Both the position numbers and the translations under genes were made by a program. 64,000 bases of DNA from an uncultured Candidatus Solibacter sp. (lineage in GTDB: Bacteria; Acidobacteriota; Terriglobia; Bryobacterales; Bryobacteraceae): the NCBI GenBank assembly GCA_964402295.1, contig CAYOBO010000001.1, forward strand, positions 99,016 to 163,015, given 5' to 3'. The number at the start of each line of letters is the position of its first letter. Positions within the stretch are counted from its first letter, which is position 1. The notes beneath the pieces are model-generated. The model was given only the letters and a program-made list of their open reading frames with translations. It searched no databases and was not told the DNA's origin. Below are positions 26,770-35,538 of this stretch, piece after piece.

Positions 26770-28593
26770 ATGCAGAGACTCGCTTTCGCCTCTCTCATGG
26801 CGATGCTGGGCACGGGTGTGCTTGCGGCGTCGGATCCTGGTTGCCCGCAATACCCCGCATCGGCACGAGCCGAACTCCAATCACAGTTGCAGTTGGAGGC
26901 CGACTTCGCGCAATTTGCCACTCGTGCGGGCAAGAAGCCTGTGCGCAGCGCCGTCAAGCGCAACAATTTCGTCGACGACCATATCTTCGGGAAGATGGAA
27001 GCGGACGGCGTTTCCCCCGCCGCGCTCACCTCGGACGCCGAGTTCTTGCGCCGGGTCAGCATCGATCTTACCGGCCGCATCCCCACTCCGGAGGAGGCGG
27101 TAGCGTTTCTGAACGACAGAGATTCCGCCAAGCGCGCCAAACTCATTGAGAGATTGTTGGGATCGCCGGCCTACGTCGATCAGTTCACGCTGTACTTCGC
27201 CAATAAGTTCGAGGTCACCAGCGCCTATTACTCCTACATCGGCCTCACCGGGCGCACATTGTTCAACAAGTATCTCCGCGATTTCGTCGGCCGGGACCGT
27301 CCCTTTGACCAAGTGGCCACGGAAATGATCACCGCATCGGGCGACGCGGACCTGGTGGCTCCCGCGAATTTCCTCTCCCGAGGCTGGCAGGAAGGCGATC
27401 CGATTCAAGACACCTGGGACACGCTCACCGACCGCATCACCGTCCGCATGCTCGGCTTTAAGACCGAATGCATCTCCTGCCACAACGGCCGCGCTCACCT
27501 CGAGCAGATCAATCTGTGGCTCTCGCGCCGCACGCGGGAGGAATTCTGGCGGACATCGGCCTTCTTCTCGCGCATGAACATGACGCGCATTTCCACGGAC
27601 GCGTTCAACCAGCGGCTGCGCTTCTTCTACAGCGATCGCAATTCGGGCGGCTATTCCGCCAGCGTCAATGTCAATGCGCCGGGACCGCGTCCTGCCCGTT
27701 CCGGCGGACCCTATGAGCCGCGCTTTATCCTCACTGGCGAAGAGCCGCAGACCGGCGAATGGCGGCAGGAGTTCGCCCGGATCGTCACCGGCAACCGCCA
27801 GTTCGCCAAAGCAGCGGTGAACTACTTGTGGGCGTACCTGTTCAACTACGGACTGGTGGATCCGCCCGACGCCTGGGATCTTTCCCGCCTCGATCCGCGG
27901 AATCCACCGCCTGCTCCCTGGGCCTTACAAGTCACGCATCCGGAATTGCTGGAGCAACTGGCCGACTACTTCATCGACAACAATTACAGCATCAAGAGCG
28001 TTCTCCGCCTGCTGGTGAATTCCAACGCCTATCAGCTTTCCAGCAAGTACGAAGGCAAATGGGAACCTGCCTATACGCGCTACTTCGCCAAGCACATCCC
28101 GCGCCGTCTTGCGGCCGAGGAACTCTTCGATGCGCTAGCTATTTCCACACAGACCGAAACGCCGATGTTCGTTCCCGGCTTTGAAGAACCGCTGCTCTAT
28201 GCCAATCAACTGCCCGACCCCACCGAGCCGCGGAGCGATGCGCTGATCCTCGAATTTCTCAACACTTTTGGCAGGGGCGATTGGTGGAACAACCGGCGCG
28301 ATCCGCAGCCCACCATTCTGCAACTGCTCTACAACATGAACGGCGGGCAGACTGTGCTCCGCTCGTTCGCGTCGAATCCCAGCAGTCCGACCAACCGGCC
28401 CGGACGATTAGCGCAATCGCGCCTGAGTGACGAAGAAATCGTGCGCGAGATGTTCCTGGCTACCCTGACTCGTTATCCCACCGACCAGGAGTTGGGCACA
28501 GTGCTGCGCATGAAGCAAGGTACGCGGCTCGATTGGATCAGCGACCTACAGTGGGCGCTGCTCAACAAGCTCGATTTCATTTTCAATTACTGA
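26770..28593 (+). CDS. DUF1549/DUF1553 (PSD1-type) domain protein
   Basis: GGAGG RBS and a signal peptide. DUF1549-like FVDDHIFGKMEADGVSPAALTSDAEFLRRVSIDLTGRIPTPEE. An internal CISCHNGRAH motif. C-terminus LLNKLDFIFNY is typical of DUF1553/PSD1 proteins. Confidence 0.85.
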   Translation: MQRLAFASLMAMLGTGVLAASDPGCPQYPASARAELQSQLQLEADFAQFATRAGKKPVRSAVKRNNFVDDHIFGKMEADGVSPAALTSDAEFLRRVSIDLTGRIPTPEEAVAFLNDRDSAKRAKLIERLLGSPAYVDQFTLYFANKFEVTSAYYSYIGLTGRTLFNKYLRDFVGRDRPFDQVATEMITASGDADLVAPANFLSRGWQEGDPIQDTWDTLTDRITVRMLGFKTECISCHNGRAHLEQINLWLSRRTREEFWRTSAFFSRMNMTRISTDAFNQRLRFFYSDRNSGGYSASVNVNAPGPRPARSGGPYEPRFILTGEEPQTGEWRQEFARIVTGNRQFAKAAVNYLWAYLFNYGLVDPPDAWDLSRLDPRNPPPAPWALQVTHPELLEQLADYFIDNNYSIKSVLRLLVNSNAYQLSSKYEGKWEPAYTRYFAKHIPRRLAAEELFDALAISTQTETPMFVPGFEEPLLYANQLPDPTEPRSDALILEFLNTFGRGDWWNNRRDPQPTILQLLYNMNGGQTVLRSFASNPSSPTNRPGRLAQSRLSDEEIVREMFLATLTRYPTDQELGTVLRMKQGTRLDWISDLQWALLNKLDFIFNY

Positions 28594-28613
28594 TAGGGAA
28601 GAGGCGACTCAAC

Positions 28614-29963
28614 ATGCGCAACGATTGTGGCAATCACGGATCCACGAGCCGGCGTCACTTCCTGCTCGGTGCGGCATCGACGGCCGGATTTCATCTGCTG
28701 AAAGTGCATGGCGATGCCGAGGTGGTGACGCGCTCGGCGGCGCCGCGGAAAACGGCGACGGCTTGCATCTTCATCAATCTGGCGGGGGCTCCCAGCCACC
28801 TCGACACCTTTACTCCGAAAGATGGCCCTTGGAATCCGCCGGACGCGGACTTGCGGGAGTATCCAGGCGGCATCGTGCTTTCCCGGACCTTCTTCCCGAA
28901 TCTGTCGAAGATCACCAACGACCTGTGCATACTGCGCAGCCTGGTGAGTTGGGAAGCGGCGCACGAACGGGGCCAGTTCTACGTGCAGACGGCGCATCCT
29001 TCGAACCCAGCCTTCGCACAGGAAACGCCGCATATCGGCGCGGTGATCTCGCGGGAGCTGGCCAACCCTTCGAGTCCATTGCCGCCGTTTCTCGCCTTTT
29101 ACAGCAACGGCATGCAGGGAGCGGCGTTTCTTGGCGGACGAGTGGCGCCGATGATGCCGACCCCGGCGCGGGCGGGTCTTTCCACGCTCGAGCACAATTA
29201 TTACGGTGCGGCCAGCCAGTCGCGATTCGAACGCAAGTTCCAACTCCTCGATGCTCTCGATGCCCCTTTGCGCCAGAATCCTTTCGATCCGGGCATGGCG
29301 GCGTACTCCAGTTTCTACGGCTCAGCGAAGCAGATGATGTACAACGATGCCATCGCCAATGTGTTCAAATACAGCGCCGATGACGAAGGCCGCTACGGCA
29401 ATACGAACATCGGCCGTTCGCTGATTGTCGCCCGCAATGCCGTGCGCGCCCGCAACGGCGCGGTGTTCATTAACACCACCATGGGCGGCTGGGATACTCA
29501 CCAGCAGCAGTTCGACACCACGTACTCCGGCAACATGTATCAGCTCACCAATCAGCTCGACCGGGCGGTCGGCGCGCTGGTGGAAGACCTGAAAGCGTCC
29601 GGCGATTTCAGCCGCACCATTATCTGCATGATGGGCGAATTTGGCCGCACACCAGGCGCGCTGAACGCCCGCGGAGGCCGCGATCATCACAAGAACGCCA
29701 TGGCGGCCGTGCTGTTGGGCGGCGGCGTCAAGGGCGGGCAGATCATCGGCGACCAGAGTCCGGACGGCGCCACCGTCGTCACGCCCGGCTGGAAAGCCGA
29801 CCGCGCCATCTACACCGAAGACGTGGCCTGCACACTGTATTCCGCGCTCGGCATCGACTGGACCAAGGCGATTACCGACACCCCATCCCGCCGCAAGTTC
29901 GAATACGTGCCGTATGCGTCGGAGGGAACCTACATGCCGGTGGACGAAGTATTCGGAGGCTGA
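28614..29963 (+). CDS. DUF1501 (sulfatase-like fold) protein with Tat-type signal
   Basis: SRRHFLLGAAS twin-arginine signal, the INLAGAPSHLDTF motif, and C-terminal GEFGRTP...GRDHH. Start placed at ATG 28614, after GGGAAGAGG. Confidence 0.85.
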   Translation: MRNDCGNHGSTSRRHFLLGAASTAGFHLLKVHGDAEVVTRSAAPRKTATACIFINLAGAPSHLDTFTPKDGPWNPPDADLREYPGGIVLSRTFFPNLSKITNDLCILRSLVSWEAAHERGQFYVQTAHPSNPAFAQETPHIGAVISRELANPSSPLPPFLAFYSNGMQGAAFLGGRVAPMMPTPARAGLSTLEHNYYGAASQSRFERKFQLLDALDAPLRQNPFDPGMAAYSSFYGSAKQMMYNDAIANVFKYSADDEGRYGNTNIGRSLIVARNAVRARNGAVFINTTMGGWDTHQQQFDTTYSGNMYQLTNQLDRAVGALVEDLKASGDFSRTIICMMGEFGRTPGALNARGGRDHHKNAMAAVLLGGGVKGGQIIGDQSPDGATVVTPGWKADRAIYTEDVACTLYSALGIDWTKAITDTPSRRKFEYVPYASEGTYMPVDEVFGG

Positions 29964-32743
29964 TGCGGATGAAACTCGCACTTGTGCTTCTCGGCGCCGC
30001 GGGCCTGTTCGCACAAGGCCCCGCCGCCAGCGTGCAGATTCTCACGCCGTCTCTGCGCATTCTCGCCGGGGAGCGCGTGGAGATGCGCGCCGTCGTGCGC
30101 GATGCCAACGGCGTCGAGCGTCCCAACGATATCCCCATCTGGTCGGTGAACAATCAGACTCTGGCCACCATCGAAAGCAATGGCACATTGACGGCACGCG
30201 CGCTCGGACTGGTTACGGTGAGAGCACAGGCCGGCGGCGTGGCCTCCACCACGCTGGTGCAGATCCTCCCCAAAAGGATTCGCCTCACCCCATCGAACGC
30301 AAGCGTGACGGTGGGGGAGCGGCTGCAATTCCAAGCCGTCGCTTTCGATAAAAACGACCAGCCCTTGCCAAATGTGACGTTCGCGTGGTCCACATCGAGC
30401 GGCAACGGATTCACCACCAACACCGCAACGATCTCCAGCACGGGCATGCTGTCCACTGTGGCGACCGGTAATATTTTGGTGCGGGCTTCCATAAACTACA
30501 ACACTTCGGTTCCGGGTTTTGAGCGGCAGTATCAGGCGATTGCGACGCTTTCCATCCGGCCGCCATCCACCTACAAGCTGCGCAAGTTGGTTGGAAACGC
30601 CGACGTGCGTCCCGGCCCCTTCCGCCTGCGGGCGAAGATCGTGCCGCTGCTCGGCAACGATCAAGGACAGGTGCTGTTCAACGCCAATCTCGACGGTATG
30701 GCCAATGGGCCGCTGCTGCTGGATGGCCGCGGCTCGCGCCTCATCGCCTGGGGCGGCATGCCTGGTCCCGCCGGCCAGACTTCGGTCTACGAGTTTCCCA
30801 CTCTTGCCATTAACAACAACGGCACGGTGCTGGCGCTTGCCAACGTGCTCTTCAGCGGAAACGTTGTGTTCCGTATCAACGGTGGCGATGTCGACCCCGT
30901 CTTCATTGACCCCATGCCACTGCCGGGCACCGAAAACCTCACCGGGCCCGCCATCACACGGAACAGCCTCAACGATTCCGGCGATTTCGTGATGGCCGCC
31001 AACTACCGCATCGCCAATGCCGGACCCACCTACCGGGCCATCTTCCGCGTTCCGCAACGCGGCTTCCCGGATGAAGTGGTGACGACGCGCGAAACTCTGC
31101 CCGGCTTGCCCTCGCCCTTTACGATCGACGCGGAATTCGGTATTGCCGGCAACGGAACCGCTTTCTTCTCCGCGACCTCGGGCACGGCTAGGGCTCTCTA
31201 CGTGCGTGGTTACGAACCGCATCGAAGGGTGATCGGCACCGACGATGCGCTGCTCGGCTCCACGGTGGCGCGGTTTCCCGCCAATCCGTTCTACCTCAAT
31301 AACGACGGCGATCTGATCGCCGTTGTTGTGCTGGCCAACAACCAGACGCATATGCTGCGCTATTCTCTCCGCGACCTCAGCGCTCCCGTGGCCACGCTGC
31401 CGCTGCGCAGCTACAGCAACGTCTACCGCATTCACCCAGAGTTGGGTGTGCTGTTCCTCGGCGACGGCGGAAAGGGATACGGCGTTAACATCTGGAACGG
31501 CGCCGAGGTAACTCCGATCTTCTTGCAGAATAACGCCGCCAGCCGGTTGCGCGGGAAGACCGTGCCGCAGATCGACTACGCCACCATGGATGGATCGGGC
31601 GAAGTGACGATTCTCGCCCGTACACAGGACAACGCGATGGAGATCTTTTCCATCCGGGTGGGACAGGAGGCCGTGCCCCTGCTGGCTGCCGGCGACCCCG
31701 TGGAAGTGTCCGCCCCCGTCAATCTCATCAACACGCTGCCCGGCGCCCGCACCGGTCCTCACCACGTTCTGCTCGGCGGCCGCGGCTCCAGCGTCTTTGA
31801 GTCTTCCGAAGAAGGCTTGAAACCCGCTTATCTCATTGGAGAGCGCTACTCGAACACAGCACTCTACACCGGTTCCGATACCAACAACACGCAGAAAACA
31901 TCGAGCGGTGAACTCATCGTCACCCCGACCAGCGGCATGGGGATGCTGCGCGTTCGCAACGGCGAGGGCGAGTTTCTGTATCGCGCGGGCCTTTCCCTGG
32001 GCAATGGAACTACAGCCAACGCCGCGCAACTCATCCGCGGCAACAGCGCCGGCGATCTGCTCTGGCAAGCCAGCACAAACAGGGGAGACACGCGATTGCT
32101 GCTGACGCGCAACGGCCAGCACCAAACTCTGCTGACCAACAACGTCTATGCCGCCGAACCGACCCTGGTGGAAGACAAGCCCGTGGCCTCATGGGGGGAT
32201 CTGGCCATCGATGAAACCGGCCGCATCATGGCCACACTGCGTTTTCGCGATACTTCCTTCGGTTTGTTCCTCTACAACAATGGCGAGTGGCAGCGTGTCC
32301 TTACCTCCGGCGAGTCGCGCATTGGCGGCAACATCATTACCGCTTATTCGCAGGTGAAAGCCGGCGGCGACGCTATCTATGCCGTCGTCAGCATGCAAGG
32401 CATCGGCAACACCCTGGCCCGGCATCGCAACGGAAGCTGGGAAGTGGCCATCGCTGTCAGCGACAGACTGGCTACCGGACACACAGCCAACTCCATCGGG
32501 ATCTACGAGGTCAACCGCAACGGCGATATCTTCGTGCAGTGCAACACCAATACTCAGGTTCTGATGGTGAAGCAGCGCGATGGCCGGATGCACTACATCC
32601 ACATGCTGAACGAACTCACACCCGACGGCGACCTGCTGCTACGCACCAGCGATTACGATATTCGCGACGACGGCACCGTCTATTTTCTAGGCATGTCGGT
32701 TCTCGACGAATACGCCGTATACATGGCAAAGCCGGTAAACTAG
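29963..32743 (+). CDS. large secreted protein: two Big_2 Ig-like domains plus about 12 NxxGxx(A/V/L)(F/L)-type tandem repeats
   Basis: Its ATG overlaps the DUF1501 stop (TGATG). Signal peptide present. Two Big_2-like units (WSVNNQTLATIESNGTLTARALGLVTVRA; FAWSTSSGNGF...STGMLSTVATGNILVRA). Recurring motifs follow: NDQGQVLF, NNNGTVLA, NDSGDFVM, NNDGDLIA, DGSGEVTI, DETGRIMA, NRNGDIFV, RDDGTVYF. Confidence 0.75.
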   Translation: MRMKLALVLLGAAGLFAQGPAASVQILTPSLRILAGERVEMRAVVRDANGVERPNDIPIWSVNNQTLATIESNGTLTARALGLVTVRAQAGGVASTTLVQILPKRIRLTPSNASVTVGERLQFQAVAFDKNDQPLPNVTFAWSTSSGNGFTTNTATISSTGMLSTVATGNILVRASINYNTSVPGFERQYQAIATLSIRPPSTYKLRKLVGNADVRPGPFRLRAKIVPLLGNDQGQVLFNANLDGMANGPLLLDGRGSRLIAWGGMPGPAGQTSVYEFPTLAINNNGTVLALANVLFSGNVVFRINGGDVDPVFIDPMPLPGTENLTGPAITRNSLNDSGDFVMAANYRIANAGPTYRAIFRVPQRGFPDEVVTTRETLPGLPSPFTIDAEFGIAGNGTAFFSATSGTARALYVRGYEPHRRVIGTDDALLGSTVARFPANPFYLNNDGDLIAVVVLANNQTHMLRYSLRDLSAPVATLPLRSYSNVYRIHPELGVLFLGDGGKGYGVNIWNGAEVTPIFLQNNAASRLRGKTVPQIDYATMDGSGEVTILARTQDNAMEIFSIRVGQEAVPLLAAGDPVEVSAPVNLINTLPGARTGPHHVLLGGRGSSVFESSEEGLKPAYLIGERYSNTALYTGSDTNNTQKTSSGELIVTPTSGMGMLRVRNGEGEFLYRAGLSLGNGTTANAAQLIRGNSAGDLLWQASTNRGDTRLLLTRNGQHQTLLTNNVYAAEPTLVEDKPVASWGDLAIDETGRIMATLRFRDTSFGLFLYNNGEWQRVLTSGESRIGGNIITAYSQVKAGGDAIYAVVSMQGIGNTLARHRNGSWEVAIAVSDRLATGHTANSIGIYEVNRNGDIFVQCNTNTQVLMVKQRDGRMHYIHMLNELTPDGDLLLRTSDYDIRDDGTVYFLGMSVLDEYAVYMAKPVN

Positions 32744-34054
32744 CGCCACCAGGGCCACGTCCATCAGGGCGCGAAACAGAAACAAGTGCCTGCCGGTTTC
32801 CTTGCAATCCGCCAACGCGCTGAGAAAGAATTCGATCGCCGCCATCGCGGCCAGCGCCAGCGCCGCCGGGGCGCCACGATACACGTAGATCAGCCCCAGA
32901 AGCACAGCGATGAGATAGCCTGCGTAGAGCCATGGCCTGGGCTGAAACAGCGCGCGCCGCGTATCGCTCACCACAGCGAATGCGTGACTCATCGCCGCCG
33001 GAGCCTTTCCCGCGCTCTTCGTGAAATTGCCGTGCCCAAAGTGCCGCTCGAGCGCTCCATCGCGCAATCCGGCTTCCGTTAAACGCAACGGCACTTCGGG
33101 ATGCCGCAGATAGTACCGCAGCAATTTCCAGTGGCTCAATTCGCGGATCAGCATTGCCCGGTACGAAGGATGGTTCATCCCCGATTCCGGCCCGAATGCA
33201 TCCGTTCCGCGAAATGCCACCATCTCGGGCGGCAGGCCCAACTCCTTGAGCACATCCGCCTGTTTCTGGCTGTACAGCAACAGATCGCTGAACACCACGT
33301 GATAGGCAGCCATTGCGCGATAGTCCTCCGGCACCCGCTGATACATGCCCCATACCGCGGCGCATAGCAGCGCCACGTACGCGGCAATCGCCTTGCGTGG
33401 CAGTAGTTCGCGCATGCGCCTATCGAGCAGCAACAACACGGCAATCGGCGCCAGCAGGAATGTGTGCTGTAGCTTCGAAGTCAACAACAGCAGAATCGCA
33501 ACCATCAGCCCCGCCGCATTCCAGCGCATGTTTCCGTGCCGCGCCGCCAGCCGCGCATAAAACGCCGCCGACAGCACCAGATACAGAAACGAGCCCACAT
33601 CCATGTAGAACGAATTGAAGTAGGCGAAGTACGCCACATCGCATAGCACCGCCAGGATCGCGATCCACACCGCCGGCGATCGCACAATCGGAGCGATCAG
33701 CCATAGCGCCGCCAGAAACAGCAGGCTGTGGGCCAAGCCTACCAGCCGCAGCCCCAGCAAACCTCCAGTGAAAGGACTGGTTCCATAGAGCACAATCGCC
33801 GCCGGCAACAGGGTGGACGTATAGAGCCGCACCTTCACCGGCTCATGCGGATCCTGCCGCCACACCGGAATCACAAAATCGAAATACCGCTCCGATTCCT
33901 TCACGGGCACGGCGGGAACCAATTGCAGCGGTCCGGTGACATTGACGTAGTCCCCGTTGTCCGCCAGCCCGACGATCGGCTGCACCAGCAGTTGCGACCA
34001 AAGGATCACCGCGGCCACCAGCACCGGGAAGATCTGTCTGGCCTGCATTGACAT
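32687..34054 (-). CDS. polytopic integral membrane protein, function unknown (possibly GT-C-like)
   Basis: 455 aa with about 10 hydrophobic helices and one larger soluble loop. No motif I can assign. Its 3' end overlaps the convergent upstream gene by 57 nt. Confidence 0.6.
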   Translation of the reverse strand: MSMQARQIFPVLVAAVILWSQLLVQPIVGLADNGDYVNVTGPLQLVPAVPVKESERYFDFVIPVWRQDPHEPVKVRLYTSTLLPAAIVLYGTSPFTGGLLGLRLVGLAHSLLFLAALWLIAPIVRSPAVWIAILAVLCDVAYFAYFNSFYMDVGSFLYLVLSAAFYARLAARHGNMRWNAAGLMVAILLLLTSKLQHTFLLAPIAVLLLLDRRMRELLPRKAIAAYVALLCAAVWGMYQRVPEDYRAMAAYHVVFSDLLLYSQKQADVLKELGLPPEMVAFRGTDAFGPESGMNHPSYRAMLIRELSHWKLLRYYLRHPEVPLRLTEAGLRDGALERHFGHGNFTKSAGKAPAAMSHAFAVVSDTRRALFQPRPWLYAGYLIAVLLGLIYVYRGAPAALALAAMAAIEFFLSALADCKETGRHLFLFRALMDVALVALVYRLCHVYGVFVENRHA

Positions 34055-34157
34055 CGACTCTTCACGATAACATTCCCGCGCTGGTTCTCCGATTGCCGCA
34101 CCCTCTGCCCTGTAATAAGATGAAGATCGAGCTTATAGAAGGGTAAGGTGACTCTGC

Positions 34158-35534
34158 ATGATTCGCCTGGATGCTGACCGTTCCGTTGAATTCTGCGACG
34201 GCTTTCGCCGCAGGGATTTCCTGCATGCCGGCTCGCTTTCCGCGCTAGGCCTGGGCCTCGGCCAATTCCTTGGCCTGAAAGCCCATGGTGCTGTCGATAA
34301 GAGCAAAGACATCAACTGCATCATGCTCATGCTGGTGGGCGGACCTTCGCAACTTGACACCTGGGACATGAAGCCGAATGCACCGGTGGAGATTCGCGGG
34401 CCCTACAAGCCCATCAAGACCAACGTTCCGGGCATCGAGATCAGCGAAAACTTCCCACGCATGGCGAAGCACGCCGACAAATACGCCATCGTCCGCAGCA
34501 TGTATCACACTGCCGCCGCCGTGCATGACACCGGCCACCAGATGATGCAGACCGGCCGCCTCTTTCAGGGTGGCGTGGAGCATCCGCATATCGGCTGCGT
34601 GCTGGGCAAGCTCCGCGGACCCAAGGGCGACGTGCCCCCGCATGTGCTGCTGCCGCGCCCCATCGGAAACACCGGCGGCAATATGCCCCACGGCCAAAGC
34701 GCGGGATTCCTGGGCAAGACCTTCGATCCGTTCGTCCTCAATGCCGATCCCGCGGATCCGAACTTCCGCGTGCCCGACATGTTGCCTCCCGACTACCTCA
34801 CCGCCCTGCGCGTCGATCGCCGCCGCAACTGGCGTGAGATGGTGGATAAGACCGTCAGCAAATTCGAAACCTCGCAGGACGCGCGCCTGCTCGATTCCAC
34901 GTTCCATCAGGCCTATACGCTGATGTCCTCCGAGAAAGCGCGCGAAGCCTTCGAACTGCATCGCGAAGACGAGAAGGTGCGCGAGAAGTACGGCATGAAC
35001 CGCTTCGGGCAAAGTTGTCTGCTGGCGCGCCGCATGATCGAAGCCGGCGTGCGCTTTGTCACCATCAACATGTTCGAAACCGTGTTCGACGAAATCACCT
35101 GGGATATCCACGGTTCGAAACCCTTCAGCCCCATCAGTTGCTATCGCGATCTGGTCGGTCCCATGTTTGACATGGCCTATGCGAGCTTGCTTGAGGAACT
35201 ACAGGATCGCGGCCTGCTCGACAACACCATGGTTGTCGCCTTCGGCGAATTCGGCCGCACCCCGAAAGTCAATCCCGCTGGCGGGCGCGACCACTGGCCG
35301 CAGTGCTGGAGCATCCTCATGGCCGGCGGCGGAGTCAAAGGCGGCCAAGTTGTGGGTGCATCCGACGACATCGGCGCGGCGCCCAAAGACCGCCCCTGCA
35401 CCCCCGGCGAAGTCGCCGCAACCATCTATCACGCACTGGGCATCAGTCTCGAAACCGAACTGCCCGGCGCACAAGGACGTCCCATCCCCATCGTGGATCG
35501 CGGCGTTGAACCCATCCGCGAGTTATTCTCTTAG
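34158..35534 (+). CDS. DUF1501 (sulfatase-like fold) protein with Tat-type signal
   Basis: RRRDFLHAGSLSALGLGL signal, MLMLVGGPSQLDTWDMKP, and C-terminal GEFGRTPKVNPAGGRDHW. Paralog of the 28614-29963 gene. Confidence 0.88.
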   Translation: MIRLDADRSVEFCDGFRRRDFLHAGSLSALGLGLGQFLGLKAHGAVDKSKDINCIMLMLVGGPSQLDTWDMKPNAPVEIRGPYKPIKTNVPGIEISENFPRMAKHADKYAIVRSMYHTAAAVHDTGHQMMQTGRLFQGGVEHPHIGCVLGKLRGPKGDVPPHVLLPRPIGNTGGNMPHGQSAGFLGKTFDPFVLNADPADPNFRVPDMLPPDYLTALRVDRRRNWREMVDKTVSKFETSQDARLLDSTFHQAYTLMSSEKAREAFELHREDEKVREKYGMNRFGQSCLLARRMIEAGVRFVTINMFETVFDEITWDIHGSKPFSPISCYRDLVGPMFDMAYASLLEELQDRGLLDNTMVVAFGEFGRTPKVNPAGGRDHWPQCWSILMAGGGVKGGQVVGASDDIGAAPKDRPCTPGEVAATIYHALGISLETELPGAQGRPIPIVDRGVEPIRELFS

Positions 35535-35538
35535 CCTC

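Noticed and set aside
29930-32125. 731-aa ORF antisense to the Big_2/repeat protein gene
   Set aside because: Low-complexity G/A/R/V composition, no recognisable domain, and no RBS. It is an antisense artefact.
32687-32743. 57-nt convergent overlap between the 3' ends of the repeat-protein gene and the membrane-protein gene
   Set aside because: Both frames have ordinary stops. Overlapping convergent ends occur by chance in compact GC-rich genomes. I saw no hairpin or other signal that would make it functional.
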